Shown one piece after another: positions 34,137-44,940 of a stretch of DNA of 64,000 nt; position 1 is the first letter of the stretch; the number at the start of each line of letters is the position of its first letter. The position numbers were made by a program, and so were the translations under genes. The DNA comes from Bacteriovoracia bacterium (lineage in GTDB: Bacteria; Bdellovibrionota; UBA1018; JBFWNL01): positions 32,001 to 96,000 of the forward strand of contig JBFWNL010000006.1 in the NCBI GenBank assembly GCA_050251055.1. The letters run 5' to 3'. Under the pieces are notes generated by a model. The model saw only the letters and a program-made list of their open reading frames with translations, was not told the origin of the DNA and searched no databases.

Positions 34137-36222
34137 GTTTCATGACTCCGTCAAGACCCGTCTGATTTGCTTCGCCGCCATGATATCGCTGCTGGCCGCC
34201 GGAGTTTGCGCACGCGCCCTGCATGTGCAAATCATGGGTGATCCTCGGCTTGAGCGCCTCGCCGCGCGCCAGGGTCAGAGCTTCGTTTCCGTGCGGCCCA
34301 AACGGGGCGTGATTATCGACCGCAACGGCAAGCCGCTTGCCGTGAACGTCGAGACGCAAAGCCTGGCTTTCACGGAATCGAAGGAGGCCCGCAATGGACC
34401 TCCGCAAGACCGCGTGGATCGTTACGCGCTCGCGCGCACCTTATCGAAAGCGCTCGGGATGGGGTTTCGTCCCCTCCTCCAAAAGCTGCACGCCGCGAAG
34501 GGTTTCGTCTGGATCCAACGCCACCTGACGGAAGGCCAAATCGAAGCGCTAAAAAAGGCGCGCCTGACGAACGGTTTCGGGGAGATGGCGCCCGGGATCA
34601 CGCTAATTAAGGAAAATAAGCGTGTTTATCCCAATGCGGAGGTCGCCGCACACGTGTTGGGTACGGTCAATATCGACTCGGACGGACTCGAGGGAGCCGA
34701 GCTTTGGTTTAACTCGCGCCTACGGGGAAAAGACAATTCGTTCATGGAGAAGAAAGACGCTTTAGGGCGCCCGACGTTCATCGACGCGGCGGCGGCCGCG
34801 AAGATCAAGGAAGGCGAGCCGCTGCAGCTCACTTTGGATTCGGCCCTGCAGTTCGAGGTTGAAAACGCCTTGCGCGCGGCGGTTCAACGCGCGCGCGCGC
34901 GCAGCGGGTCCGTCATCGTGATGGAAGCAGTCACGGGCGAGGTTCTCGCCCTCGCCAACCAGCCGGCTTTTGATCCCAACACCCGTGGGGTTCCCCCGGC
35001 CAACCGTCGCAACCGCGTTTTCACCGATGGCTTCGAGCCGGGCTCGACGATCAAGCCGCTCATGATGGCGCTTGGCGTGCAGCAAGGGTGGAAGGATACG
35101 GATCGATTCGACGGCGGACAGGGAAAATTCGTGCTTCAAGGGAAGACGATTTCGGAGGCCGAGTCCCACGAGAAATTCGGGTGGATCACCTTGAAGCGAA
35201 TGATCCAAGTCTCGAGCAACGTGGTAGCCGCGAAAGCCGCCTTGAAGCTCGGCGCTCAAAACTACATCCAAGGGCTGCAGCGCCTGGGTTTCGGCGCGAA
35301 GAGTGGTTCCGGGTTTCCCGGAGAGATTTCGGGGTGGCTGCCGGAGGCGAAACGCACCCGGCCGCTCACGGTGGCCAACATGGGCTTCGGCCAGGGGTTG
35401 CTGGTCACGCCCATGCAGATGTTACGGGGATACGCGGCGCTCGCGAACGGGGGCTGGCTCGTGCGGCCGACGCTCGTGAAAGGCCTGGAAACGCAACTTC
35501 CGGAAGCCCCGCCGAAGCGCGTGTTTTCCCGGCACACGGTGGAAACCCTCCAGGAGTCGTTGTTGGGGGTGACCGGCGAGGGGGGAACCGGCGGCAATGC
35601 CAATGTCGAAGGGTATCGCATCGCCGGCAAGACCGGCACCGCGCAGGTGGTGGACCCTGCGACTAAGCGATATTCCACGCATCGGTATATTTCCTCTTTC
35701 ATCGGGTTCGCCGTCGGCGTGGAGCCGAAGATCGTGATCTTTACTTCGATCGATGAGCCGAAGGGCGTGTACTACGCTTCCGAAACGGCGGCGCCGTTGT
35801 TTGCCGAAGTGTACAAAACCGTCGCCACGCGTTTCAGTATTCCCTCAGACCCCAAACTCGTGCTTCCCAAGCTCGCCGATACGTCGGGCAAGCGCGAGAC
35901 ATTGGACCAGATCCGCACGCAGGCGGCCATGCCTTCGCGCACGGTTTCGGATCGCGAGTTCATGCCGAGTCGTAAGCTCGCTTCCGACACCCCGGCCGTA
36001 GTTGCCAGCCAGCCGTCGGCCGAAGGTAAGGCGCCTCCCCCGACCGTTTTGAGAATCCCTTCGCTGAAGGGGCTTTCGCCACGCGAAGTAATGAACGTCT
36101 TTGGCGGGCATTCGGTGAAGTTGCACTTCACGGGATTTGGGTTGGTCGATCGCCAGAATCCGCCGGAAGGCACGGTGCTGCGGCCGGGTATGCCCGTTTA
36201 CGTGCGTCTGGGCGAGCCTTAG
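34126..36222 (+). CDS. ftsI: Class B penicillin-binding protein with PASTA-like C-terminus
   Basis: RGVIIDRNG, EPGSTIK (SxxK), SSN, KTGT. Confidence 0.93.
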   Translation: MAIEFHDSVKTRLICFAAMISLLAAGVCARALHVQIMGDPRLERLAARQGQSFVSVRPKRGVIIDRNGKPLAVNVETQSLAFTESKEARNGPPQDRVDRYALARTLSKALGMGFRPLLQKLHAAKGFVWIQRHLTEGQIEALKKARLTNGFGEMAPGITLIKENKRVYPNAEVAAHVLGTVNIDSDGLEGAELWFNSRLRGKDNSFMEKKDALGRPTFIDAAAAAKIKEGEPLQLTLDSALQFEVENALRAAVQRARARSGSVIVMEAVTGEVLALANQPAFDPNTRGVPPANRRNRVFTDGFEPGSTIKPLMMALGVQQGWKDTDRFDGGQGKFVLQGKTISEAESHEKFGWITLKRMIQVSSNVVAAKAALKLGAQNYIQGLQRLGFGAKSGSGFPGEISGWLPEAKRTRPLTVANMGFGQGLLVTPMQMLRGYAALANGGWLVRPTLVKGLETQLPEAPPKRVFSRHTVETLQESLLGVTGEGGTGGNANVEGYRIAGKTGTAQVVDPATKRYSTHRYISSFIGFAVGVEPKIVIFTSIDEPKGVYYASETAAPLFAEVYKTVATRFSIPSDPKLVLPKLADTSGKRETLDQIRTQAAMPSRTVSDREFMPSRKLASDTPAVVASQPSAEGKAPPPTVLRIPSLKGLSPREVMNVFGGHSVKLHFTGFGLVDRQNPPEGTVLRPGMPVYVRLGEP

Positions 36223-36230
36223 CCCCGATG

Positions 36231-37184
36231 TTACCAGTTTAGATTCAAGAACTCGGACACCGCGCGCCGAAAAACCGCGTCGATCGCCGGCACTTCGTTG
36301 TGGATTTCGTGCCGAGCTCCCGCGAGCTGGATGAATTTGAAATGAGGCGCCTGTTTTTTGAGCACTTCTTGCGTGCACTCTGGTTTCACGTAACGGTCGT
36401 CGGCGCCAATCACCACTAGGCCACGGGCCGTGGAGGGAATCGGGGTCGTGCGTAGTTTTTTCGCCGCGGCCACGAGATTCGATGCGAACGCCGGTACCAG
36501 CAACGGCGACCGGGGACGGATCGGGTCGACGTGCGGATTGGCGAGGGCCTTGGCCGCGTAGAGTTCGTGCGCGGAAGTCAGGGTGCGCAGAGTGATCTCG
36601 TTGCCATGCAGGAATCCTTCCCCTACCGAAGTGCGGGGGCAGATCCCCGGAGCGATGAGGATCACCTGCGACGCCCAGCCGCGTGCGGCCATGTCGTACG
36701 CGGCGAGCCCACCGGTCGACCAGCCGATCACTACGGGGGGTTCGTTCTCCTTGGATTGCGGATGCCGGAATTTTTTCCAAACGATCTCCGCAATGGTCGA
36801 GATATGCAAGTTGGGGGTGATCGAATGCGCCACGCGCGTATGGTTCATGGTCCCGGTGGACCCGCCTTGTCCCATGTAATCGAATGCGATCACGCGGTAG
36901 CCGGATCGAGCGAGCGCCTGGAAAAGCGAATCGTGATTCAGCATCGAGTCGCCGAGGCCTTCGAGATAGAGGACATTGCCTCGAAACGGCTGGCTCGGCG
37001 TGATGACGGCGTCGAGGTAACCCGCGCGAATCTTCACCGCGGGCACCAAGAGAGTACGGGCGTCGTAATCCAAATCTTCCAGCATCCAGCCATTCGTCGC
37101 TATGGCAGATGACGCTGGGCCTGAGGAAAACAGCGTCGCCAAGAAGAGCAGAGAGCTAAAAATCGTCCGTGGAGTATTTTTCAT
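36231..37184 (-). CDS. Secreted alpha/beta hydrolase (lysophospholipase-like)
   Basis: Signal peptide; DYMGQGGS; GWSTGG nucleophile elbow; DDRYV; ARHEI. Confidence 0.85.
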   Translation of the reverse strand: MKNTPRTIFSSLLFLATLFSSGPASSAIATNGWMLEDLDYDARTLLVPAVKIRAGYLDAVITPSQPFRGNVLYLEGLGDSMLNHDSLFQALARSGYRVIAFDYMGQGGSTGTMNHTRVAHSITPNLHISTIAEIVWKKFRHPQSKENEPPVVIGWSTGGLAAYDMAARGWASQVILIAPGICPRTSVGEGFLHGNEITLRTLTSAHELYAAKALANPHVDPIRPRSPLLVPAFASNLVAAAKKLRTTPIPSTARGLVVIGADDRYVKPECTQEVLKKQAPHFKFIQLAGARHEIHNEVPAIDAVFRRAVSEFLNLNW

Positions 37185-37191
37185 GCGGCGC

Positions 37192-37220
37192 ACTGTAGAT
37201 TTGTTATTGCGAAGTGTCAA
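37192..37220 (-). promoter_or_regulatory. Sigma70 promoter (leaderless) of the hydrolase gene
   Basis: TTGACA-17 nt-TACAGT, then 7 nt to ATG 37184. Confidence 0.75.
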
Positions 37221-37305
37221 ACACTCTGGGGTTGATTTAGGGATCCTTTAATCACGTTATTTCAAGCAGTTGTATTTCCGAGGGGAAGTTTGTAGCCTGG
37301 ATTTC

Positions 37306-38766
37306 GTGAATTTGTTCGAACTATTCCAGGATGTCCCGCGGGATGCGCTCGTGAAGGGAGAAGTCCCCCCCGATCGTCGTTCCTCGCGGGTCCTACACGT
37401 GACTGCGGATTCTCGCCAGGTGAAGGCGGGGACGGTTTTCGTCGCGACGCCTGGGGTGAGCGCGGATGGACACGCGTTTCTGCCGGCCGCCGCGGCCCAG
37501 GGCGCACTTTTGCTAGTGGGTGAGCGATCGCCGCCCTCGGGATTGTCTACTCCGTACCTGCAGGTGACCGATTCCCGCCAAGTGCTAGGACTTCTGGCTT
37601 CCGCATTTTACGGCCACCCCTCCCGCGCGATGAAGCTAATCGGGGTGACGGGCACGAGCGGCAAGACGACGACGACTTATCTCATCGAGTCGATCCTCGC
37701 GGCGGCGGGGGAGCGGCCGGGGCTCATTGGCACGGTGGAGTTCCGCACGCCGAAGGGGGCGCTGCCGTCCACGCACACTACGCCGGGCGCGGTGGAATTG
37801 CAGAAGCTGCTGGCGGAGATGCGCGACGCGGGCTGCCTGTCCGTGGTGATGGAGGTGTCTTCGCACGCGCTGAAGCAGGCGCGAACCTACGGGATCGCGT
37901 TCGATGTGGTGGCTTTCACGAACCTTTCGCCCGAGCATTTGGATTATCACCCGGACATGGAAGACTACTTCCAGTCGAAGGCCCGGCTATTCGGCGAGTA
38001 CATGAACTTTTCGGCCGAAGCGGGCAAACAGCCGCGTGCGGTCGTGAACGCGCGCGACGATTTCGGCGGCCGTCTGCTAAAAATGGCGAAAAATGCGACG
38101 CCCGCGCCGGAAACGGGAGGTTTACGTTTTGATCTGCGCGGCGTGCGCGGAAAGGTCGGCGGCGTCGCGATCGAAAGCCCGCTCCTGGGGGATTTTAACG
38201 CGCAGAACATCGCGGTCGCGGTGGGGGTGGCCCACGCCTTGGCCGTGGCGCCGGCGACGATCGCGGAGGGAGTTCGGCGCCTGTCCGGCGTTCCGGGACG
38301 CTTGGAGCCGGTACCGAACGGGCGCGGCTTCACCGTGCTCGTGGATTACGCGCACAAGCCGGATGCGCTAGAAAAAGTGCTCACGATGCTTCGCACGCTC
38401 AAGGGAAACGGAAAATTGATCACCGTGTTCGGCTGCGGCGGCGACCGCGATCGCCAAAAGCGCCCGCGCATGGGCGAGATCGCCGCCCGGCTCTCCGATC
38501 AGGTTGTCGTCACCTCCGACAATCCGCGCACCGAAGATCCTCTCGTCATCATTCGCGAGATCGAGGGTGGAATCGGTGATGCGGATGCACGGGCGCGCGT
38601 GAAGGTCGAAGCCGATCGTCGCGCGGCGATCACCCAGGCATTGACGGCCGCGAAGGGTGGCGACGTGGTGTTGATTGCGGGCAAGGGACACGAGGATTAT
38701 CAGGTGCTCGGGACGCGAAAAATACACTTTTCTGATCGGGAAGTGGTTTTGGATATTCTCAAGTAA
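37306..38766 (+). CDS. murE: UDP-MurNAc-dipeptide:meso-DAP ligase
   Basis: GVTGTSGKTT, MEVSSH, EHLDYH, DYAH, GCGGDRD, SDNPR (mDAP-type), AGKGHE. Confidence 0.97.
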   Translation: MNLFELFQDVPRDALVKGEVPPDRRSSRVLHVTADSRQVKAGTVFVATPGVSADGHAFLPAAAAQGALLLVGERSPPSGLSTPYLQVTDSRQVLGLLASAFYGHPSRAMKLIGVTGTSGKTTTTYLIESILAAAGERPGLIGTVEFRTPKGALPSTHTTPGAVELQKLLAEMRDAGCLSVVMEVSSHALKQARTYGIAFDVVAFTNLSPEHLDYHPDMEDYFQSKARLFGEYMNFSAEAGKQPRAVVNARDDFGGRLLKMAKNATPAPETGGLRFDLRGVRGKVGGVAIESPLLGDFNAQNIAVAVGVAHALAVAPATIAEGVRRLSGVPGRLEPVPNGRGFTVLVDYAHKPDALEKVLTMLRTLKGNGKLITVFGCGGDRDRQKRPRMGEIAARLSDQVVVTSDNPRTEDPLVIIREIEGGIGDADARARVKVEADRRAAITQALTAAKGGDVVLIAGKGHEDYQVLGTRKIHFSDREVVLDILK

Positions 38767-38790
38767 TTACGAATAGTTACTAAAACCTTC

Positions 38791-38820
38791 TTGACGCCGC
38801 TTTTCAAACCTTTATAGCAT
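38791..38820 (+). promoter_or_regulatory. Internal sigma70-like promoter before mraY
   Basis: TTGACG-18 nt-TAGCAT, 6 nt before ATG 38827. Confidence 0.55.
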
Positions 38821-38826
38821 CCATGC

Positions 38827-39903
38827 ATGCTCTATTACCTGCTCTATCCGCTTCACACGGAGCACTCGTTCTTCAACGTTTTCAAATACATCAGCTTCCG
38901 CACGTTCGGCGCGGCGATCACGGCCGTGCTTCTCTGCATGCTCGCTGGCCCCGCCTTCATCCGCATGCTGCAGCTTAAGCAGATTGGTCAAGAAGTTCGC
39001 AACGACGGCCCGCAGTCCCATTTAACCAAAAAAGGCACGCCCACGATGGGCGGCGTGCTGATCCTTTTCGCGATTTCGATTTCGACTTTGCTCTGGAGCG
39101 ATCTTTCCAACAAGAACGTCTGGATCGCGCTCATCACCACGCTGGCTTTCGGCGTGATCGGCTACATCGACGATTACCGCAAAGTCATCCGCAAGAATTC
39201 CAAGGGCCTTTCGGCGAAGGAAAAGCTTGTGATGCAGACGATCTTCGCCGTGATCGCGGCGGTCGTCATTTACTGGTTCCGCGACAACCCCCCGTTGCTG
39301 AAGTTTCCGTTCTTCAAGGATCTTTCGTTGGATCTCGGTATTCTGTTTATCCCGTTCGCGGTGCTGGTCATTGTAGGATTTTCTAATGCCGTCAATCTCA
39401 CCGATGGGCTCGACGGCTTGGCGGTAGGGCCAACCATTACGACCGCGTGCACGTTTTTGATTCTCGCGTACTGCGCGGGCCACATTAAAATCGCCGAATA
39501 CCTACAGATTCCTTACGTGCCGCGCTCGGGCGAGCTCGCCGTTTTCCTGGGCAGCGTGGCCGCATCCTGCTTGGGCTTCTTGTGGTTCAACACCTATCCG
39601 GCGCAAGTTTTCATGGGTGACGTGGGCGCGCTCGCGCTCGGTGGCGCCCTGGGTACGGTTGCGGTCATCACCAAGAACGAGATTTTGTTGGGCATCTGCG
39701 GAGGCATTTTCGTCATCGAGGCGCTTTCCGTGATGGCCCAGGTGGCGTCATTCAAGATGACGGGAAAACGCGTCTTCAAGATGGCGCCCATCCACCATCA
39801 TTTTGAGCTGAAGGGCTGGGCGGAACCGAAGGTGATCGTGCGGTTTTGGATCATTTCGGTGCTGCTCGCGCTCGTCACGTTGTCGACTTTGAAGTTGAGG
39901 TAA
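38827..39903 (+). CDS. mraY: Phospho-MurNAc-pentapeptide transferase
   Basis: [41 protein letters not shown]. Confidence 0.98.
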   Translation: MLYYLLYPLHTEHSFFNVFKYISFRTFGAAITAVLLCMLAGPAFIRMLQLKQIGQEVRNDGPQSHLTKKGTPTMGGVLILFAISISTLLWSDLSNKNVWIALITTLAFGVIGYIDDYRKVIRKNSKGLSAKEKLVMQTIFAVIAAVVIYWFRDNPPLLKFPFFKDLSLDLGILFIPFAVLVIVGFSNAVNLTDGLDGLAVGPTITTACTFLILAYCAGHIKIAEYLQIPYVPRSGELAVFLGSVAASCLGFLWFNTYPAQVFMGDVGALALGGALGTVAVITKNEILLGICGGIFVIEALSVMAQVASFKMTGKRVFKMAPIHHHFELKGWAEPKVIVRFWIISVLLALVTLSTLKLR

Positions 39904-39916
39904 TCAGGAGCATTGC

Positions 39917-41299
39917 ATGAGTAAGTTCAAGGGTAAGCGGGTATTGGTCGTCGGTTTCGGTTTGTCCGGCGTTTCGGTCGTGAAATACATGGTGAAGCAG
40001 GGCGCGAAGGTCATGGTCACGGACCTGAAGCAGAAAACCGAACTCACCGAGTCGCTCAAGGCGTGCGCTGAGCTGAAGATCGAGTATGACCTCGGCAAGC
40101 ATACCAACAAGAACTTCCACACGGCCGAACTCATCGTCGTGAGCCCTGGCGTGCCCTTGAATATCAAGCCGCTCGAAGAAGCGCGCGAACTCTACGTTCC
40201 CATCACTTCCGAAGCCGATCTCGCCGCGAGCGCCCTGAAGGTGCCGCTCGTCGCGGTTACCGGCACGAACGGCAAGACCACCACGACCACCCTCTTGGGC
40301 GAGCTTTTCAAGGCGGACGGCCGTAAACCCTACGTGGGCGGCAATATCGGTAAGCCGCTGCTCGATTTCGTCACCAACGAAGAGGAAGCCGACGTCGTCG
40401 TCGCCGAACTCTCGAGTTTCCAGCTCGAGCTTGCCGAGAAGCTCGTGCCCGCGGCCGCGGTGTTTACTAATGTCGATCAGGACCATTTGGATCGTTACCC
40501 CAGCATGGATACCTACATCGCGGCCAAAAAACGGCTGCTCAAGGTGTGCGACAAGAACAGCTTCGTGATCCTGAATCACGACGATCCGCATGTTACCAAG
40601 TTCGTGAGCGAAAGCCCGGGCAAGATCTTTCACTTCACCAAGCAGAATCCGATGTCCATCGGCGGCAGCTTTGCCGAGAGCTTCGCGGGCGCTTATTTGC
40701 AGCCCGAGAAGAGCCGGATGATCCTCAAGGTCACCGGGCAGGAAGAAATTTACGACACCACCAACTTCAAGCTCATCGGGGACCATAACAAGGAAAACTT
40801 GATGGCCTCCATCATCGCCGCGCGCGCGATGGGCGTCGGCCCGAAGGCGATCCAGAAGGTGATCGACACCTTCGAGGGAGTCCCGCACCGGCTGGAGTTC
40901 GTGCGTAAGCGCAACGGCGTCTATTTTTTCAATGACTCAAAAGCGACGAACGTGCAGAGCGTGATCAAAAGCCTGCAGGCGTTCAAGCGCAGTCCCGTGA
41001 TCCTTATCGCCGGCGGCAAGGATAAGAATATGGATTTCTTGCCGCTCATCGAGCCCGTGCAGAAGCGTTGCAAGACCCTTATCCTGCTGGGTGAGGCGAA
41101 AGAGAAGATCAACCGTACTTTGGGAGATTTCGCGGAAACTTACCTGGTGGGTACCTTCGAAGAGGCTGTGCTCTTGGCCTACCAGAAGTCCCGTAGTGGC
41201 GATATCGTACTGCTTTCCCCGGGTTGCGCCAGCTACGACATGTTCCGTAACTACGAAGAACGCGGCGATTACTTCAAGAAACTTGTTAGCCAAATCTAA
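39917..41299 (+). CDS. murD: UDP-MurNAc-L-Ala:D-Glu ligase
   Basis: TGTNGKTT, ELSSFQL, DHLDRY, NDSKATN, LSPGCASYD. Confidence 0.97.
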   Translation: MSKFKGKRVLVVGFGLSGVSVVKYMVKQGAKVMVTDLKQKTELTESLKACAELKIEYDLGKHTNKNFHTAELIVVSPGVPLNIKPLEEARELYVPITSEADLAASALKVPLVAVTGTNGKTTTTTLLGELFKADGRKPYVGGNIGKPLLDFVTNEEEADVVVAELSSFQLELAEKLVPAAAVFTNVDQDHLDRYPSMDTYIAAKKRLLKVCDKNSFVILNHDDPHVTKFVSESPGKIFHFTKQNPMSIGGSFAESFAGAYLQPEKSRMILKVTGQEEIYDTTNFKLIGDHNKENLMASIIAARAMGVGPKAIQKVIDTFEGVPHRLEFVRKRNGVYFFNDSKATNVQSVIKSLQAFKRSPVILIAGGKDKNMDFLPLIEPVQKRCKTLILLGEAKEKINRTLGDFAETYLVGTFEEAVLLAYQKSRSGDIVLLSPGCASYDMFRNYEERGDYFKKLVSQI

Positions 41300-41303
41300 G
41301 CAG

Positions 41304-42473
41304 TTGGCAAAACCGTTCGCGTTCTCCCTCTTCAAATGGAAAGGGTTGGATCTCTTTTTAATCTCCGTGGTCGGGGCCATGGTCATCTTCGGGTTGATCA
41401 TGGTCTATAGCGCCTCGTTCATGGCGACGTTGGAGCGCACGGGCGACGGTCTCTTTTTCGTGAAAAAGCAGCTTTTGTTCGGGGTGCTGGGCATGGTGGC
41501 GCTCGTGGTGGCGGCGAGCGTGCCTTATCGTTTCTGGATGAAGCACGCCTACTTGATTCTCCTGTTTTCTACGGTGCTTTTGGCTTTGGTGCTGGTGCCC
41601 GGCGTGGGCGTCCAGTCGAAGGGCGCTAGCCGGTGGCTGAACGTCGCGGGATTTCACTTTCAGCCGGCCGAATTCGCCAAGTTTGCCCTCATGCTTTTCG
41701 TGGCCCGCCAGCTCACGACGAAAGGCGATCGTATCCGCCGCTTCGTCCCCGGCGTGCTCTCTAATTTCTTGGCGATCACCCCCGCGCTCCTCTTGCTCTT
41801 GAAGCAGCCCGACTTCGGCTCATGCGTGATCATCGTGGGCGTGGTGTTCGCCCTGATGTTTTTGGGTGGCGTGCCGAAGCGCTATTTGCTCGGTTGCGTG
41901 GGCCTAGCCGGGGCGGCGGGCGCGGCCCTGGTTCTGATTTCGCCTTATCGAATGGCGCGGCTGACTACTTTCTTGAATCCCTGGGAGGATCCTTCGGGCA
42001 AGGGGTTTCAGATTCTCCAGTCGCTCATTGGGCTGAATAACGGAAAGTTTTGGGGAGTAGGTCTGGGGAATAGTAAGGAAAAGCTTTTCTTTTTGCCGGA
42101 GGCGCATAACGATTTCATCTTCGCCATTATTGGCGAGGAGCTGGGGTTTTTGGGCGTGGCCGCGGTGTTGCTGGCTTATTGCTATTTCATCTACCGGGGT
42201 CTGTCCGTAGCTTGGGCGCTTTATAAAAAGACCGGCGACCGTTTCGGTCTCTTGCTTGGTTCGGGCATCACCGCCGCGATCGGATTCCAGGCGTTTGTGA
42301 ACATGTCCGTAGTGATGGGCTTGTTACCGACCAAAGGTTTGAACCTACCGTTCATCAGTTACGGAGGATCGGCGCTGCTCATGAACCTCTTCGCGGTCGG
42401 TATTCTCATGAATATCGCGGCCGAAGCGGGAAAAACGCGGCGGGCGGCCCTTGCGCGAGGAGGCTCTAAGTGA
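41304..42473 (+). CDS. ftsW: Peptidoglycan polymerase FtsW
   Basis: MVYSAS, QPAEFAK, QPDFG, LPEAHNDF, PTKGLNLPFISYGGS; start estimated just after the murD stop. Confidence 0.95.
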   Translation: MAKPFAFSLFKWKGLDLFLISVVGAMVIFGLIMVYSASFMATLERTGDGLFFVKKQLLFGVLGMVALVVAASVPYRFWMKHAYLILLFSTVLLALVLVPGVGVQSKGASRWLNVAGFHFQPAEFAKFALMLFVARQLTTKGDRIRRFVPGVLSNFLAITPALLLLLKQPDFGSCVIIVGVVFALMFLGGVPKRYLLGCVGLAGAAGAALVLISPYRMARLTTFLNPWEDPSGKGFQILQSLIGLNNGKFWGVGLGNSKEKLFFLPEAHNDFIFAIIGEELGFLGVAAVLLAYCYFIYRGLSVAWALYKKTGDRFGLLLGSGITAAIGFQAFVNMSVVMGLLPTKGLNLPFISYGGSALLMNLFAVGILMNIAAEAGKTRRAALARGGSK

Positions 42474-43573
42474 CGGCGAGCGGTAAGCCGACCTTGCTCG
42501 TCGCCGGCGGAGGCACGGGCGGGCACGTGCTGGCGGGCGTGGCTATCGCGCAGGCTTGGCGCCAAAAATTCGGGGCGGATGCTCCCGTGGTTTTCGTGGG
42601 AGCGCGCGGAAAAATCGAAGAAAAGTTGGTGCCGCGGGAGGGTTTCCCCCTGCGCTTGCTCGATCTGGGCTCCCTGAATCGCGTGAGCGTTTCGCGGAAG
42701 CTGAAGACCTACTTCCAGTTGCCCTGGTCGTTCATCGTATCGTTGCGGGTGCTGCTTTCGGAGCGCCCGTCCGCCGTGATCGGAGTCGGCGGCTACGCTT
42801 CGGGGCCGGTGGTGTTAATGGCAGGCGTGTTTAGCTGGCTCGTCGGCGCGCGAACCGCGTTGTTGGAGCAGAATTCCGTTCCCGGTATGACGAATCGGAT
42901 CCTCGCTCGTTTCGTCCGCACGGTTTTCCTCGCTTTTGATTTGGCGCGCTTGCCCCAAGGGAACCAGTACTTCGCGCCCGAGAAACTGCGGGTGACCGGC
43001 AATCCAATCCGCAACAGCTTGAGTCAGCTGCCGTCTGCGGCACGGGATCCTTTCGTGGTTTTCATTTTCGGCGGCAGTCAGGGCGCCCACGGCATCAACA
43101 CGTTGGTTTTGTCGGCACTCCCGCACCTCAAGGATAAACCCATCCAGTTCATCCATCAGACCGGGGAAAAGGACTTCGATCGCGTCTCGCGCGGTTACCA
43201 GGCGGCGGGCATCGCGAACGCCCGCGTGGAGAAATTCATCTATGAGATGCCGGCGGCATACCGCGCTTCCTCCCTCATTATATGCCGATCGGGTTCTTCG
43301 ACGATGGCGGAGATTGCGGCCGTGGGCCGGGCGGCGATTTTTATCCCGTTGCCGACCGCCGCCGATAATCACCAGGAGTGGAACGCCCGTCTTTTCGCAG
43401 ATGCCGGCGCCGCTCGGCTCGTGCACCAGGAACAGACCTCGGGCGAGGATTTAGCGCGAATGATCGAGGAATTTCGGGCGAATCCGGCGGAAATCTCGCG
43501 CATCGAGCAGAAAGTGCGTGACTACCATAGGCCGGATGCGGCAAGGGACATCGTAGATGCGATCACCACGTGA
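42470..43573 (+). CDS. murG: Lipid II GlcNAc transferase
   Basis: GGGTGGH, GGYAS, EQNSVPG, TGNPIR, GGSQGA, HQEWNA. Confidence 0.97.
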   Translation: MTASGKPTLLVAGGGTGGHVLAGVAIAQAWRQKFGADAPVVFVGARGKIEEKLVPREGFPLRLLDLGSLNRVSVSRKLKTYFQLPWSFIVSLRVLLSERPSAVIGVGGYASGPVVLMAGVFSWLVGARTALLEQNSVPGMTNRILARFVRTVFLAFDLARLPQGNQYFAPEKLRVTGNPIRNSLSQLPSAARDPFVVFIFGGSQGAHGINTLVLSALPHLKDKPIQFIHQTGEKDFDRVSRGYQAAGIANARVEKFIYEMPAAYRASSLIICRSGSSTMAEIAAVGRAAIFIPLPTAADNHQEWNARLFADAGAARLVHQEQTSGEDLARMIEEFRANPAEISRIEQKVRDYHRPDAARDIVDAITT

Positions 43574-44933
43574 TACCCGTATTCACTTCATAGGCATCGG
43601 CGGCATCGGCATGAGCGGCATCGCCGAGATGTTTCACAACCAGGGCTGCCGCGTGACCGGTTCGGATCTCGTCGAGTCCGACTCAACCAAGCGTCTACAG
43701 AAGCTGGGGATCACCGTGTTCATCGGGCACCGCCGCGAAAATATCGATCAGCCCCAGGTGGTGGTCATCTCTTCGGCCGTGAAGGCCACGAACCCCGAAG
43801 TCGTGCGCGCGAAAGAGCTGCGCATTCCCGTCATTCCACGCGCGGAGATGCTGGGTGAGCTCATGCGGGGCCGCACGGGCATCGCCGTCGCCGGCACCCA
43901 CGGAAAGACAAGCACGACCTCGATGCTGGCCACGGTGCTGATGCACGCCCAGCTCGATCCCACGCTGGTGATCGGCGGCGTCGTGAATTCCCTGGGCGGG
44001 AATGCGAAGCTCGGACAGGGCGAGTACCTGGTCGCCGAAGCCGATGAGAGCGACGGCTCCTTCCTGCACCTCCCGGCGACATACGCGGTCGTGACGAACA
44101 TCGACAACGATCATTTGGATCATTACGGAAGTTTAGAGCAGATCGATCATGCGTTTGTCGAGTTCGTCGGCAAGTTGCCGTTTTATGGGTTGGCCGCGGT
44201 TTGCCTGGACGACCCGGGCGTGCGCCGTTGCCTCTCGCGCTGGACGAAGCCCGTGCGTACTTACGGATTTTCCGAGCAAGCGGAGTTTTTCGCTCGTGAA
44301 GTAAAGCTCAAGCCGCTGGGCTCGGTTTTTAACGTCTATCGGGGCGGCGACAAGCTGGGCGAGGTGGAACTGAACGTCCCCGGCAAGCATAATATCTTGA
44401 ACGCCTTGGCCACGATCGTGATTTCCGTCGCGCTGGACGTGCCGTTCGCGAAGATCGCGGCGGGACTGAAGGAGTATCGCGGCGTGGATCGCCGTTTCGA
44501 GATCATCTGGCAGGACGAAAAATCGCGTCGGGCCATTATCGAAGATTATGGTCATCATCCTTCGGAGATTTCCGCCACATTAGATGCCGCGCGGATTTTT
44601 TGGACGGGCCGGATTATCGCGGTTTTCCAGCCGCATCGTTACAGTCGTACTTTGCACTGCAAAGACGGGTTTTTGTCCGCTTTTCGCCAAAGCGACGTGG
44701 TTTTGGTTTCGGATATATACGGCGCGGGCGAGGATCCGATCGAAGGCGTGACCGCGCAGGGGTTGGTAGAGGAAATGAAGGCGAAGGCCTTGGCCAATCA
44801 AACCTTCGAATACGCGGGCGATCTCGATCGCGCCTGTGAGATGGTGAAAACGCTCGCCCGTCCGGGCGACTTAATTTTGTGCATGGGCGCGGGCTCGATC
44901 ACCAAGCTGCCCCGCCGCCTCATCCCCACCTGA
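43557..44933 (+). CDS. murC: UDP-MurNAc:L-Ala ligase
   Basis: GIGGIGMSG, AGTHGKTST, EADESD, DYGHHP, FQPHRYSR. Confidence 0.97.
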   Translation: MRSPRDTRIHFIGIGGIGMSGIAEMFHNQGCRVTGSDLVESDSTKRLQKLGITVFIGHRRENIDQPQVVVISSAVKATNPEVVRAKELRIPVIPRAEMLGELMRGRTGIAVAGTHGKTSTTSMLATVLMHAQLDPTLVIGGVVNSLGGNAKLGQGEYLVAEADESDGSFLHLPATYAVVTNIDNDHLDHYGSLEQIDHAFVEFVGKLPFYGLAAVCLDDPGVRRCLSRWTKPVRTYGFSEQAEFFAREVKLKPLGSVFNVYRGGDKLGEVELNVPGKHNILNALATIVISVALDVPFAKIAAGLKEYRGVDRRFEIIWQDEKSRRAIIEDYGHHPSEISATLDAARIFWTGRIIAVFQPHRYSRTLHCKDGFLSAFRQSDVVLVSDIYGAGEDPIEGVTAQGLVEEMKAKALANQTFEYAGDLDRACEMVKTLARPGDLILCMGAGSITKLPRRLIPT

Positions 44934-44940
44934 GCCATCG

